This document shows positions 38,414 to 52,209 of a stretch of DNA of 64,000 bases, one piece after another (position 1 is the first letter of the stretch; each line of letters begins with the position of its first letter). Where the stretch lies: positions 1 to 64,000 of the forward strand of contig NW_021832864.1 in assembly GCF_006345805.1 (NCBI RefSeq). Reading direction: 5' to 3'. The stretch comes from Octopus sinensis (taxonomy: Eukaryota). The position numbers and the translations under genes are program-made. The notes under the pieces were generated by a model. The model saw nothing but the letters and a program-made list of their open reading frames with translations. It had not been told where the DNA came from and did no database searches.

Positions 38414-39745
38414 AGAGTGAATAAAAAAAGAATGGCACTTGATGAAAAGGGCTGCTGGATATTACTTCCCTCTCTCGTATCACCCCCACTCTCTCTCTAT
38501 CGTCCACTCGCATTGTCTTTTGTCAAACACGAAACTACATTTAAGGTAGCGTACTACACCCCGGAAGAATATTAGATTATTCATTAACAAGGTTATTTAT
38601 GTATTTATTTATTTATTTATTTTACCTTTCCTACACGCTTTGATGACCTGGTTGTAGTTTGAGTCGGTGAGTATATTCACGTGAGTTTATGGTGTATGCG
38701 GGTGCGTGTCTGTCTGCATGTATGAATACGTGTTGTGTATATTCTCCATCGATATTCCATTTACATATGCACTAGGTAGACAGACAGATAAGCAGACACA
38801 CAGACAGACAAACAGACAGACAGATAGATTGACGGATAGCTAGCTACATGCATGTACACTTGAGCTAAATATGCACACATACTTACACTACTACTACTAC
38901 TACTAGTAGTAGTAGTAGTAGTAGTAATAATAATAGTAATCCCTTCTATTAAGGCCTGAAATTGGGTGGGAGAGGACTAGTCGATGACATCGACCCCCAG
39001 TGTTTCACTGGTACTTAATTTATCGACCCCGAAAGGATGGAAGGCAAAGTCGACCTCGGCGGAATTTGAACTCAGAACGTAGCGACGAGTGAAATACCGC
39101 TAAGCATTTCGAAATAATAAATTCTTTGTGATTTGAATAATTCACTTCTGGAAACATGGGTGTTTCGTTCAACATCCTTAACAACCCTCATTCAGGGACC
39201 TTTTAGAGCATGATGGGCTACTCGACCTGAAGAAAATTCTATCTGGTCCCCACCTGCAAGGCCATACGCTGTTTATCTTGATATGAGACGACCATGTCGC
39301 ACGCATGGTTGTGATGCATGCGCCTGGTGTATCATTATCAGACGGGTAGTCATGATGGGTATACTGGGTTTCGAATATTTGTACCCCAGTGTTCTCTCAA
39401 TAATAACAATGATAATCCTTTCTACCAACAGGTATAAGGCCTGGAATTTGTGAGGAGAGGATAGTCGATCGCATCGACCACCAGTACGTAGGTAGTGCTT
39501 ATTGCATCGACCCCGAAAGGATGTAAGACACAGTCAACCTCGGCGGAATTTGAACTCACAACGTAAAGACGGACAAAGTGCCACTAAGCATTCTACTCGG
39601 CGTGCTAACGATTCTGCCGGCTCGCCGCCTTAATAATAATAATAATAATAATGATAATAATAATAATAATAATAATGATAATAATAATAATAATAATAAT
39701 ATGATAATGATAATGATAATGATAATGATGATGATGATGATGATG

Positions 39746-39797
<52 letters not shown>

Positions 39798-40258
39798 TAA
39801 TGGTTTCTTAATCATCATCATAATAATAATGGTTTCTTAATTATGACAAGGGCAGCAATATCGAACCCAGTAATTGAATGATACTTTATTTTATCGATTT
39901 CGAGTGTGTACAAAACGATTTCGTCGCTTGACTCGCAAATGGATGGAACTAGTTGACAGCACTTCCATGGCATTCGAGTTTTACTGGGATTGGTAGCACT
40001 TCCAAATTAAAATAAATCCCCGGTTCAAGGAGAGTAGTGAGGCAGTGATCGCAATGGACTCGGTTCATTATCGGATCCAACTTGCATGCGGGAGCTGCAG
40101 TTGGACATAACTCCACAAATCAGTAATACTCGAACACTGAATGAAGTGTATACAGAACGATTCTGGGACTAGTAACACTTCCAAATTTCTGGTAGTTAAC
40201 CGTAATAATTCACAGTCCAGATATCCGCTTGGAAAAGTTGATAAAGTAATTGCTACGC

Positions 40259-40307
<49 letters not shown>

Positions 40308-40329
40308 GTTGTTGTTGTTGTTGCTGTTG

Positions 40330-40700
40330 CCGGGTTCCAACTCGGGCTACAGCAACAAGGTCCACTCGCCACACTTCTTGGTCCATCATCACTGCCTCGA
40401 GGTCCTGGATGCATTTCAGGACAGCATCTGCTATGAAGTTGTCACATCGACAACTTGCATCAAGTGTGACGAGGCTTTCCTCTTCTTACACCACCATGAA
40501 GTAGGTTCTACCAGACTAATTTTGATACTTCCAGTTCAGGGTGGCGCACGCAGTGACCAGATAGTCGCAGCCGTCTTTGCCTGATCTTTTGTTTTAACTT
40601 TTCGACAGGTCTCCATAAAGTCATTCATTTGTCATGTGTTGCTGCCATTTCACATTTTGGGCCATTCGTAGCATCCTCGAGTAGCATCCATTTAACCCGC
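40330..40700 (-). mobile_element. RTE-like LINE 3' fragment
   Basis: LNGCYSRMLRMAQNVKWQQHMTNE*LYGDL; ends at a (CAA)n/(TAA)n tail. Confidence 0.7.
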
Positions 40701-40711
40701 TTGTATCCCTC

Positions 40712-41010
40712 TCCAAAAGATTGTCATGGAAAAGCAACAACTTTCGAGCATTCATTATAATTTTAATATCGGAATTATTAATGTTAATGAATGAAGTTCC
40801 AAATGTTGACGCTTTTAGGAATAATGGCTTTGGACTGGAAGGATATAATTCAACAACTTCGAATTGAATGTATTTGCTGTTACGTTTATCCCTAGGCAAC
40901 CACTCCATAACCAACGTGTTATTTTATTTCGGTAAACCGGAGGCTTGTTTAATTTTAGAGTTTTTGGTACCTTAATTAAATTTATTAAATTTACATAATT
41001 TTGTCTCATT
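40712..41010 (-). mobile_element. Penelope-like RT fragment
   Basis: KYIQFEVVELYPS...DIKIIMNARKLLLFHDN resembles the PLE RT motif FD(I/V)xxFYPSI. Confidence 0.65.
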
Positions 41011-41170
41011 TTATCATAAATATCATCTCACCTTACAAATTATTTCGTGATCAGCGACGTACGAGGAATAATAGAGAATGATCATCAAAAGTATTTTCCC
41101 TCTTCTTATCTATCGAGAACTTTTTTCTACTTCTAAGATCAAACGTTCACACGCATATGCAAGCACACAT

Positions 41171-41235
<65 letters not shown>

Positions 41236-41462
41236 AATATACACTTACACAAAATACACATACACATACACTAACATACACTAGAATGAAACTAGTATAG
41301 TTTCATTCTTCGCTCCACAAATATGGCGCACGAATACCACTTTTGTTTTAGTTGCCGTCCAATATATACCTGTTGCATAATGTCATTAGACGCAATTTTA
41401 CATGTACTTTATACTGATCTGTGTGTATATATATATATATATATATGTATATATGCATAGAT

Positions 41463-41660
41463 ACTCTTGTATTCTTGTATTTGTTTAAGTCATTTCACTG
41501 CGGCCATGTTGGAGCAGCGCCTTTAGTCGAAAAATTCGACTCTAGGACTTATTCTTTGTAAGCCTAATACTTATTCTATCGGTTTCTTTTGCCGAACCGC
41601 TAAGTTACGGGGACGTAAACACAACATCGGTTGTCAAGCGATGACGGGGGAACAAGCACA

Positions 41661-41730
<70 letters not shown>

Positions 41731-41893
41731 ATGGGTTTCTTTCAGTTTCCGTCTACTAAATCCACTCATAAGGCTTTGGTCGGCCCGAGGCTATAGTAGA
41801 AGACGCATGCTCAAGGTGCCACGCAGTGGGACTGAAGTTGGAAACATGCGATTGGTAAGCAAGCTATTTACCACATAGCCACTCCTGCGCCTA
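41463..41893 (-). mobile_element. SINE family B, full length
   Basis: Reverse complement of the head, core and tail seen at 33417. Confidence 0.85.
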
Positions 41894-42105
41894 TAATATA
41901 TATGTACGTATATATATATATATATGAGTTGAGGACATTTACCCCACCATGGAAGTAACCGCACAAGGATAAATTGCCCCTGAGTACAAATCTTCTTAAG
42001 ATATTGGAGAGGGGGTAATTAGCCAAGGCGGGCAATTGTCCTAGGTAGTAGTTGTCGTCGGGGGGAATTGTACTATGGGGGGGGGGGGTAATTGTCTTGA
42101 TACGA

Positions 42106-42140
<35 letters not shown>

Positions 42141-42146
42141 CCTCTC

Positions 42147-42197
<51 letters not shown>

Positions 42198-42594
42198 ATA
42201 TAATATATATATATATATACATATACATATATCGGTACTGCAGCATGGCTGCAGTCAAATGACTGAAAAGAGTGAAAGAGAAAAATATATGTAGATATAT
42301 ATATATATATATACGTACACACACATGCCTGCAAACATATATACATATAAACACACATAATATTTCACTGTACCCTGGTGTCTATATTGGCGATAGAAGA
42401 TACAAAGTACAATGGAATATCTCCAACTTTTCATGCACCACTCTGACCCTTCTTAATCGTACAACCTCACCTATTACAGTGTCCTTCATCCGCAGCCTCA
42501 CCACACTGATGCAGCTCATCATCGTATATTTCTAACCAGATATCTGTGATTTATGATGTTTCCTAATCTATCCTTTTCTCTCTTCTTTCATCAG

Positions 42595-42779
42595 GTGATT
42601 TGATTGATTGACTGACTGAAATGATCGATCGATTGATCGATCGGTCAAACCATAAATCCACAGAAAGCCATGTAGAAAGAATTTAAAAGGAATCTCTCAC
42701 CAGGATCGAACACCCCTATATTTCAAACACTGCTGTCTGAACGAAACAAGTGAACAGACCACAATTGACAGAAGCCAAC
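42595..42779 (+). other. Predicted 5' UTR portion of the signal-peptide exon
   Basis: Branch-like CCTAAT, polypyrimidine tract and TCAG acceptor ending at 42594; implies an upstream non-coding exon. Confidence 0.55.
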
Positions 42780-42828
42780 ATGACATCAGCAACCTGTTCA
42801 GTAGTTTTTGTTGTTTGTATCTTACAAT
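42780..42828 (+). CDS. Coding exon 1 (signal peptide MTSATCSVVFVVCILQ-C) of the membrane mucin
   Basis: GCCAACATG context, hydrophobic 16-mer, GTAAGT donor at 42829 in phase 1, matching the phase of the acceptor at 44352. Confidence 0.75.
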
Positions 42829-42895
42829 GTAAGTACTTTGCACAGACTCTGTGACTTTTTATTATGGTATTTCGTTCTGTTTTATATCTCTCTGT

Positions 42896-43271
42896 GTGGA
42901 GGCACCAATGGCCCAGTGGTTAGGGCAGCGGACGCGCGGTCGTAGGATCGCGGTTTCGATTCCCAGACCGGGCTTTGTGAGTGTTTATTGAGCGAAAAAG
43001 CCTAAAGCTCCACGAGGCTTCTGCAGTGGGTGGTGGCGAAACCTGCTGTACTCTTTCACCGCAACTTTCTCTCACTCTATCTTCCTGTTTCTGTTGTACC
43101 TGTATTTCAAAGGGCCAGCCTTGTCACACTCTGTGTCACGCTGAATCTCCCCCGGGAACTACGTTGTGGGTACACGTGTGTGTGGACTGCTCAGTTGATT
43201 TCACGAGCGGGCTGTTTCGTTGATCGGATCAACTGGAACCCTCGTCGTCGTAACCGACGGAGTGCCATTTG
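42896..43271 (+). mobile_element. Intronic SINE (family C head)
   Basis: A and B boxes; TSD ATATCTCTCTGT at 42884-42895 and 43272-43283. Confidence 0.85.
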
Positions 43272-43813
43272 ATATCTCTCTGTTCTCATATATATCTGCC
43301 ACTCTCTTTCGTTTCTCCTTGCTTTGAAGTATACTGTGTTTTTAAACACTATACGTCTTTTAGGGGGTCTCCCCTGGACGAAGTACTGCAGCTTCACAGC
43401 GTTTAACGACGCGCATACATCAAGTATGTCATTTTGATAATGTTTATATTATTTAAGCTGCTTCTGATGCAAATTCTAATATATATATCATACACAAATA
43501 CACACACACACACACAAGTCTCTGTTCTCTTTCTTTATCTGTTTCTGATCAAATTACATCTTTTAGTCTTTGTGTTAACAACTGCTATATATTGAAATAT
43601 TGCATGCATAAATGAATAGCTATCATTAGTTCAACAGCAGACGGTAGAATGAATAATCACCGAAATCTTTAGATGTCCCGCATAGCAAATATGCTGTTTT
43701 CTTTACAGACAAACACGTAGGCACACACGCAACCTGCACGCACACACGTGCGTGCGTACGCGCGCTCACAAGTACATACAAACGTCTGAAGAGAGCCGAT
43801 ATTATTGAAAAAA

Positions 43814-44246
43814 GGCGGGGAGCTGGCAGACACGTTAGCGCGTCAGACGAAATGCTTAACGGGCGAAATGCTTAGCGGTATTTCGGCTGCCGTTACGTTG
43901 TGAGTTCAAATTCCGCCGAGGTCGACTTTGCCTTTCATCCTTTCGGGGTCGATAAATTAAGTACCAGTTACGCACTGGGGTCGATGTAATCGACTTAATA
44001 CCTATGTCTGTCCTTGTTTGTGCCGTCTGTGTTTAGCCCCTTGTGGGTAATAAAGAAATAGGTATTTCATCTGTCGCTGCGTTCTGGGTTCAAATTCCAC
44101 CGAGGTCGACTTTGCCTTTCATCCTTTCGGGGTCGATTAAATAAGTACCAGTTATGCACTGGGGTCGATATAATCAACTTAATCCGTTTGTCTGTCCTTG
44201 TTTGTCCTCTCTGTGTTTAGCCCCTTGTGGGTAGTAAAGAAATAGG
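43814..44246 (+). mobile_element. Intronic SINE family A dimer
   Basis: Two units joined at AAATAGG|TATTTC; TSD TATTATTGAAAAAA at 43800-43813 and 44247-44260. Confidence 0.9.
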
Positions 44247-44352
44247 TATTATTGAAAAAATCGAATTTAGTTTTCTACCAAATTTAATTGGTCCTTCAAG
44301 ATGCGTACCTGTTGTATTCATATCATATTTTCTCTTGTGTCTTTTGTTGCAG

Positions 44353-47267
44353 GTGTGACTAGTATGGGTAGCCAGAGACTGCAGCCGAGCAAGACTCTAA
44401 CAGATCCTATTCAAACACAGATATTAAGTTCCTCGGTGGCGGCCAGTAACACATTACGCACTTCGCAAATAGTTTCTTCTCCTCCTTCTTCAGATGACGC
44501 TCTCAAGAGCCAAACATCTTTGGAACCTTCTCAAACACTGACAGCACCAAAAACGTTGTCAAAAAGTTCCATATCTACATTATATGGAATTACCGGATCT
44601 ACTCGTTCATTATTACATGATACTTCTGCATTGGCAGGAACACCTACACATGCTTTACCGAAATCACTGAGAACAGAAACACCGGTACTTTCAAGAAGTT
44701 TGCCAATAATACCAGAGAATACTATGACCCCTACCAAGTCCGTAAAACTCACCGATGATTCAACAGCTTTGTCACCGCAACGTACTTCGGCTGGGTCAGT
44801 GCTTATTCCTACTACCACATCTACGGAGCAAGAACATCCGCCATCAAAATCTTTTGTCGTCCTTTCAAGCAGTGTCGTAAATAAAGTTGAGCATGTCGAG
44901 AGGTCTACGAAAATGTTTTCCCACTCGTCGTTAGCTAATGTTCATTTGACTCCATTGATGACCTCCGACATGATTTCATCAGCACATTCCTCAACCATAC
45001 AGCCTTCGCCTTCACTTGCAACTCCACAAAAAACCGACGTCACATCGACGCTGTTAGTCCCTTCAAGGGTCATGTTGTCAGAAGGCACACACTTGACTGC
45101 ACAGTCATCGCAAAGTTCTGTGACGCATTCTGTCACTCCTTCAGATCAGAGCACTTCTCCTCCAGTCAGGCTCACGACTCAACCAAATATACCATCATCA
45201 GCCGATTCAGTGACGCCATCTACAACTTTATTTGTTGGTAGAAATAAGTCGGTGGACCCCGGCCGCACATCTTCAGTTCCTCCTATGGTACCACCGACCA
45301 ATCTGCCAACCAGCACAAACAATATTCCTACAAATACGATTTCCACTCAAGCTGACTTTGCTTCGAAAATAAACAGCCAACCCTTTTTAGTCTCAAGCTC
45401 TTCTCTGAGTTTGTCTTCGAGAATTGAATCTACTCCACAAGACAGCTCAGTGTCATTACTTAGCCAAGGCAGCTCCGCTTCTCAGCAAACCACATCTCTT
45501 CCTTTCACACCAAATTCTAAAGCGACATTGTTGTCTTCTGAATCACAGAAGACAGATGGCACATATGAAATAACTTCCCCAATATCAACACCGACGCTAA
45601 ATCCACAATTGGTGGAGACGAAATGGAGTAGCTCTTTGGAATCCGGAAAATTCACGGAGACTTCATTGTCTTCGAATTCCAACAAAAGCTCCACAGCTTT
45701 TCCTGAGTTGGCAACATCAAATGTGAGGGTCACTGACAGCTTGTTAGAATCCTCATCTCCGATTAGTTTAACCCAAACTGTCATTCCTTCTGAAACTGAA
45801 CCAATATCTTTGACTTTATCAGTCACATCGTCTCCATACATGTCATCCAATTTATCTCACCTTGAACTGTTGAAACCGTCACATTCTACAAGCTATAATA
45901 CCATGTCAATGTACACAAGTTCTGTTGAATTGCATTCAGCATTGACAACAATTGTCACTGAAATTATTCCAACAAGAACGAAAGTAAATATGTCGAGGAC
46001 ATATTTTAACGCATCAAACACGTCGGGTTTAGTGTTTTCCACAACGAACACTGTTCTTCTGTCTGTCTCAAGTTCACAAATTGGAATACCGATATTATCT
46101 CGATCAACGCAATATTCCAAATTATTGAAATCCTCGAAGACTTTGTCAGCCGATTCCACGATATCAAAGCATAGTTCTACAGTTACTGTGTATTCCATCA
46201 CACCGTCAAACAGTGAGACACAAATGCATACGCACGTCTCTCACCTGACGAAGACGGTTATAAAAACGACGAATTCAACACCTCTAGGGGCATCTACTAC
46301 GCTTCCTCCGCGCAACAAAACCTTTGAAATAGTTTTCAATGGCCTGTGCACTCCCCTCGCGGAGAGACACTTATACGGGCAGTTCTCAGACAATATCCGT
46401 TACATAGTCAGTCGCAAACTGTCGATCAGCTACGACTCTGTCGTTGTACATAACTTAACATGTGCCTCTGTACACGTATATGTCACTCTCCTCAACACCG
46501 TAACTAAAAGAATTACAGAGAATTTCAAAGAGTTAGTTGGTTCAAGAAAACTGAATATCAGTGTGATTTCCAAGCAAGGCGAGCTTCATTATTCAGCCGT
46601 GAAATTGAAAACGATCGCCGAACCAAGCGTTCAGAAAGAGTTACAGTCAAACGCTTACGAGAAAGACTCTAAAACGAGTGTAATCACCATTGCATGTTCA
46701 GCTATAGTTGCCATGCTGGTCATAGGCTTAGTTGTAGCTCTACGTGAATGTTATAGAAGGAAGCATACGCAGACATTCGACTTAACCAATACACCAAACG
46801 TTCATATGAAACTTGAAGATTTCACACTCACAAGAATTCCTCGCTCGAGCACATGGTATTCTGATGAAGGTGTGGCAATACAAAGATTCTCAGAAACAAA
46901 TGGTAGCACGATGCAAAAGTCCTCTAACGGTATTTCAAAACAGCCGACAATCTCGTGTATTTCTGATATATTAAAAGACAAAGAAGCGGATGGAGAAGAA
47001 TTGCGACCATTCTCTTATTCCATCTTGTCTAACAATAGTAGAAAAGACAGCCAGGACACCACGGTTTCTATTACAAGCGACAGTAATTTTGCATATTCTA
47101 CAGACAGCCTCGTGCCGCTACCAAAAAGCAGCTCTGGCATGCATGGTGCCGTGAATCCTATCTACTTTGGCGATGAAATGCCTCAGATGGGTTCTAACAA
47201 CAGACTTGACCAAAACGTGAATCCATCAGACACACACGAACAATTCAGACAAGTCTATAACCAATAG
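44353..47267 (+). CDS. Coding exon 2: type I transmembrane mucin-like protein (Ser/Thr-rich stalk, SEA-like domain, TM, NPxY tail); ~987 aa after splicing
   Basis: Uninterrupted non-repetitive 2.9-kb frame; acceptor TTTTGTTGCAG ending at 44352; SEA-like region from ~46317 with C-ASVHV at 46461-46478; TM VITIACSAIVAMLVIGLVVAL at 46680-46742 followed by RECYRRK; NPIY at 47154-47165. Confidence 0.9.
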
Positions 47268-47320
47268 ACTTCACGAAACAGGACAAAACCAATGAACTAA
47301 ACAACAAAAATTAAATAGAA

Positions 47321-47373
<53 letters not shown>

Positions 47374-48099
47374 TCCCAATTTGCTTAAATTACATTACAT
47401 ATTTAAATCAGTTTACTATTTGTCCATATAATATTGAGCTAGACTTTCCCCATTGTGTTTTTTTTTTAAAGGGAACCTATTTTGGACATACACTAGTCTT
47501 CTTTCTCTCTCTGTCTCTGTCTATTAAAAACAAAAAACAAAACAAAACAAACATTGTTTTATAATCTTGACCAAACTTTTCTATCTAGTTTAAAAAAAAT
47601 ATAATTAGGTATTTCTATTGTGTCCTTAAACAAGTCTTTCTACCCACCTTAAAGAGACATTCTTTTCTGCATGAATTCTAGCAACTATTTTCTGTCAAGC
47701 TTCGATAAAAAAAAAACAAAAACACCCAACAAACTAATTATAATAATGTAGTATTATAACAGCCTTGAGCAAGACTCATCATTTTACTTTGCCTCCGATA
47801 CTTTATCGGATGTTAACATAGACAGGCAGTGGACTCATCCGCCATCTACGTGGTCGGATGTTTGAGTTAAATGAAGGACATTTACTGCTGTGAGAAAAAA
47901 ATATAAATAAAAAAAAAATAAAAAAGAGTACTCAATTACAAAACATGTAAATACCTACTCTAAGAAAAATTCTATCCAAACACAAAAAAAAAAAAAAGAA
48001 TCATTTGCCCAGTAGCATTAAAGGGCTTCCACCAGGAATAATTACTGTGAATTATTGTCTTGGTATAACTACCCAGCGGTTAACAGCAACAGTATATAT

Positions 48100-48600
48100 A
48101 CACAACTTTTTTCATGAAAAATATATATATATTTGGCCCACACACAAAACACCACTTCTACCCGCACAAAACACCACTTGTGCCGACACAAAATACCGCT
48201 TCCTCGGATACCATTTCAAACATGAAAAATACCACTTTTATACATAAACAAACCACAATCCTACTTACACATACAAGCAAGACATCACTATTTTTCTTAC
48301 CCGCACAAAACATTCCTTTCACCCACACAAAGCCTAGTTTTACTTAGACAAAGATACTAGTTTCACACGAATGCAACACGCTACTTCAACGCTCCAAAAA
48401 GGCAATTTACACAGAGAAAACATCACCAACTTTTTTCATGAAAAATATAGATCTGTTCAACCCACACACAAACACCACTTTCACCCGCACAAAACTCCTC
48501 TACTACCCACAAAAAAAACACTACTTCTACACACACAAAACTCCACTTCTGCTTATACAGCCACCACCACTTTCCACCCAAAACACACCCGCTGCCCTAG
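48100..48600. repeat. Degenerate ~20-bp minisatellite with a duplicated block
   Basis: Recurring CACACAAAACACCACTTCTAC; block CAACTTTTTTCATGAAAAATATA...AAACACCACTT at ~48103 and ~48427. Confidence 0.65.
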
Positions 48601-49219
48601 CTACAGAACTCCAAAGAATAAATAAAAAAAGGCAAATAATAAATAAATAAAAAAAAAGAAAGCAAACAATACAAAAATAAAAACATAAATCAAAATAAAA
48701 CAAAACTATAAAAAAAAACCCAACCTAAAACATGTTTGTTGATAGTGACGTGTATTACTTGTTTGGTCTTGTTCTCGGCGCTGATTCTAATAAAACTCAC
48801 AGAATTATAAAGAATTCTTTCACCTATCAAGTCCACCCTCATCACTGATGATCATCATGTGCCCATTACCACTGACCACCATCACAACCATCCACTACCA
48901 TCACAACCATCCACCACCATCGTCCATCACCATCAAGCCAACCAACCAACCAACCAACCAACCAACCAACCAACCAAAGAAAATCCTAACGCCATCCCAA
49001 CACCATCCCCACTGTAGCCCAACACACCTCATCACCATCATCACTATGACCACATACCCATGCGTGGCTTACACTTCGACACATATATATATACCCACCG
49101 TTCTTGATACTTTATATACACTCACACACCCTGAGACGTTCACAGTTCACAGTTCCAGGTGTATAAAAATCCACACACTTAAGGGAAACCTTCAACATAC
49201 ATGTATTGCATATATACAT

Positions 49220-49296
<77 letters not shown>

Positions 49297-49649
49297 TACA
49301 CACACAGAGCATCATTCCTCTCAAAAGTAAGCAGACACCCACCAGTTTTGAAAGATATACTCCCAGAAAGTATATTAATGGTACTAATGGCAGTTCGAAG
49401 TTGTTTATATGGGGCAACTTTAAAAACCGGAACTAAAATTTCCTGCAGTTCAGATCGCCCCATGGTCCCAGAAGACAAACTGGAAAAAGGCGTTATCCCG
49501 GAAGCTGGCGAGGGACATGCGCAGGAATAGCCGCTCTGACTCACGGGCATTACTTAATGTATTTAAATACTTAACCTAGTATTTAGTAGACTACATACTA
49601 TTAACCTAGTATTTAGTAGCTTTCTACAGTTTGTAATAATTTAACACGT

Positions 49650-50623
49650 TTGGGCAACGAACTAAGGAGTTCAAAAAATTGTCTCCTGTGAAATTTATGC
49701 CCAGGCTGCTCACATAGTGAACAAATCTGTCTTTGATGTTGGTTATCATGGCTTTTATGGCACTTCTCTATCTAGTATGCCCTAAAGGTGTTCAATAGGG
49801 TTTATATAAGGAGACTGGCTTGGCCAAGGGGCTCTTCTGATTCTGTTTTTTTCTCTTGTCGGTCGCTAGTCGTATTAGCTATGTGACATGGGGCGTCACC
49901 CTCCATAAATGTGTAATTTTTTTTACCATCTGTTTCCTGGAGAAAAATGAGAGAAGGCGTTTCTGAAAGATGGAGATGTATTATTCTGAGTTTATATTGT
50001 CAATACATTCCACCAGTTCTGAACGACCAGTGCTTCGAATTTCTCTACAGACCGTCACCAAAAAATCGCATTGTTTCTAAGTTATTTGCTGTTGACGTAT
50101 AACAAACTCTTGATTTGGCAGTCTCAAGATTCCCACACACCCACTGTCAAAAATTTGCGCGGATCTATTCGGAGAATATCCCAGTTTCCCAGAACCCTAT
50201 GGATACCTCTAATATCTCATTTGTCCACTCCTTTTCTCTTTGTATATACTTGCTGGTCGAAGAAGAGGCTTCCTTTTCGCTGCTTTGCCATAGTAGCCAA
50301 GCTGATGGAGATATTTCACAAAAGTACTCCAACTCATTTGGATTTGCTCTGCAACATCTGCTGCCTTACAACGGGGATAAGTATTTTCAACTATCCGTTT
50401 GATATCTCGAAGTCACCTGTCAGTGGGCCCAGATCGACTTGAACCGAAAGCTGTTGTTATTTTTCCATTACTGGTGAATTGCGCAATTACTCTGTTGACT
50501 TTGGCAAAAGGAATCGCAAGGTTTTGTGTAATCTTAAGCCAGCTTAAGTCCGTTCTCAGATTGACCTGCAATGCGTTCTCTTTGAATATCAGACAATTCT
50601 TTTGTCTCTGGTGCTCGCAGCAT
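49650..50623 (-). mobile_element. Decayed Tc1-type (DDE) transposase
   Basis: [17 protein letters not shown]-terminus, FMEGDAPCH, PWPSQSPYINPIEHL (~49784-49830); many stops. Confidence 0.8.
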
Positions 50624-51384
50624 GGCTAAGTGTGATAACAAGTGCGATACTGTAATGTTACGAGGTTTGAAGCATAAGGTAGAGTCTACACGGATTAAAT
50701 AGTATAAAGAGAGGTGGCTATTTACTTTTGATACATACATACATACATAGAAACATACATACATACATACATACATACACATACACACACATATATGTAT
50801 GTATATATATATATTTATGCATACGTACACTGATATATTCATAAACATGCATCATTCAACATATTTCAGAAAGGCATATAAACACGCACTCACGCATGCA
50901 TATGTGTGTATATGTGTGTGCGTGAGAGTGTGTTTATGTGTGTGTGTGTGTGTGTCTTTGTGCGTGTAAATGTGAGTGTTTGTGTGTGTGTGTGTATGTG
51001 TGTGTATGTGTGTGTGCGTGTGAGTGTGTGTGTGTGTGCGTGTGAGTGTTTTGTCAAAAGGTACATTTTCACTGGACTCACTGTATTTAATAAAGCATTA
51101 ACACTCATACCAACCCCTTTGAGTTCTTTATTCTATCTTAGAACCAATAGGCGACCCCAAGAAATCACACACACACGCGCACACACACAAACATACACAC
51201 ACACACAATCACCACCACCACCACCACCACCATAATCACCGCCACACATATTTAATCATATAAGTACACACATAAACCACACAAACAGACACACATAATC
51301 ACGCATACGCTCGCGCACCCAATAACATACATTTATACACACTTTCTCATATAGATATGTATGTATGTTCAAAGTCGGACGTGA

Positions 51385-51442
<58 letters not shown>

Positions 51443-52162
51443 TATATTCATATTTCTATATACACATGTATATAGACACACACATATATATATATATTTA
51501 TACACATATATACAAGATTTATATATATATATACACATACATACACACACATATATAAGCATGCATGTATATATATATAAGAATGTATATATACATATGT
51601 ATCTGCATATTTGTATATGTATACACACACATATACACATATATAATTACATGTGCATATATACATATATTCATATATATAATTACATATAGATGCATAT
51701 GTAATATATATATATATATATATAGTTTATATATATGCTTATAATTACATATACATGCATATATATATATATATGTATATATATAATATATATGTGCATA
51801 TACACAGACACACACACACACACGTACACACACATTTATAGACCACGTACATACCCACTAACCCTAGCTTTATCTCATCATAACATCCAATTCGTTCATG
51901 TTATTCCCTGCTCATCATAATAAAGGTATAACTAATGATATAATTATATCTGTTCTTTCTTTTCTTTCACGCTGGCTGTTATCGTTGTTCTTTGTTAGCC
52001 ATGGGCCACCCTTGATCTAAGAGACCTACGAAGAAATTAGTTACGGTTGTGACTATTCCGTTTACTTTGAACGTATTTACGGGAGTCATGAGAGCTATTT
52101 CTAGGAAACCGATGAACCATATACAGGCTCACTAGTTAGCTATGCACACACACACACACACA

Positions 52163-52209
<47 letters not shown>

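Noticed and set aside
38888-38925. (CTA)n(TAG)n palindrome
   Set aside because: Simple inverted microsatellite with no further structure
43786-43813. CTGAAGA...GAAA as a plus-strand hammerhead
   Set aside because: No stem II or stem I pairing, even after removing the SINE
44531-46201. Antisense ORFs within the mucin exon
   Set aside because: Shadow frames of Ser/Thr codon usage
49310-49550. Higher-complexity open frames on both strands
   Set aside because: No recognisable domain or convincing splice sites; probably a repeat fragment
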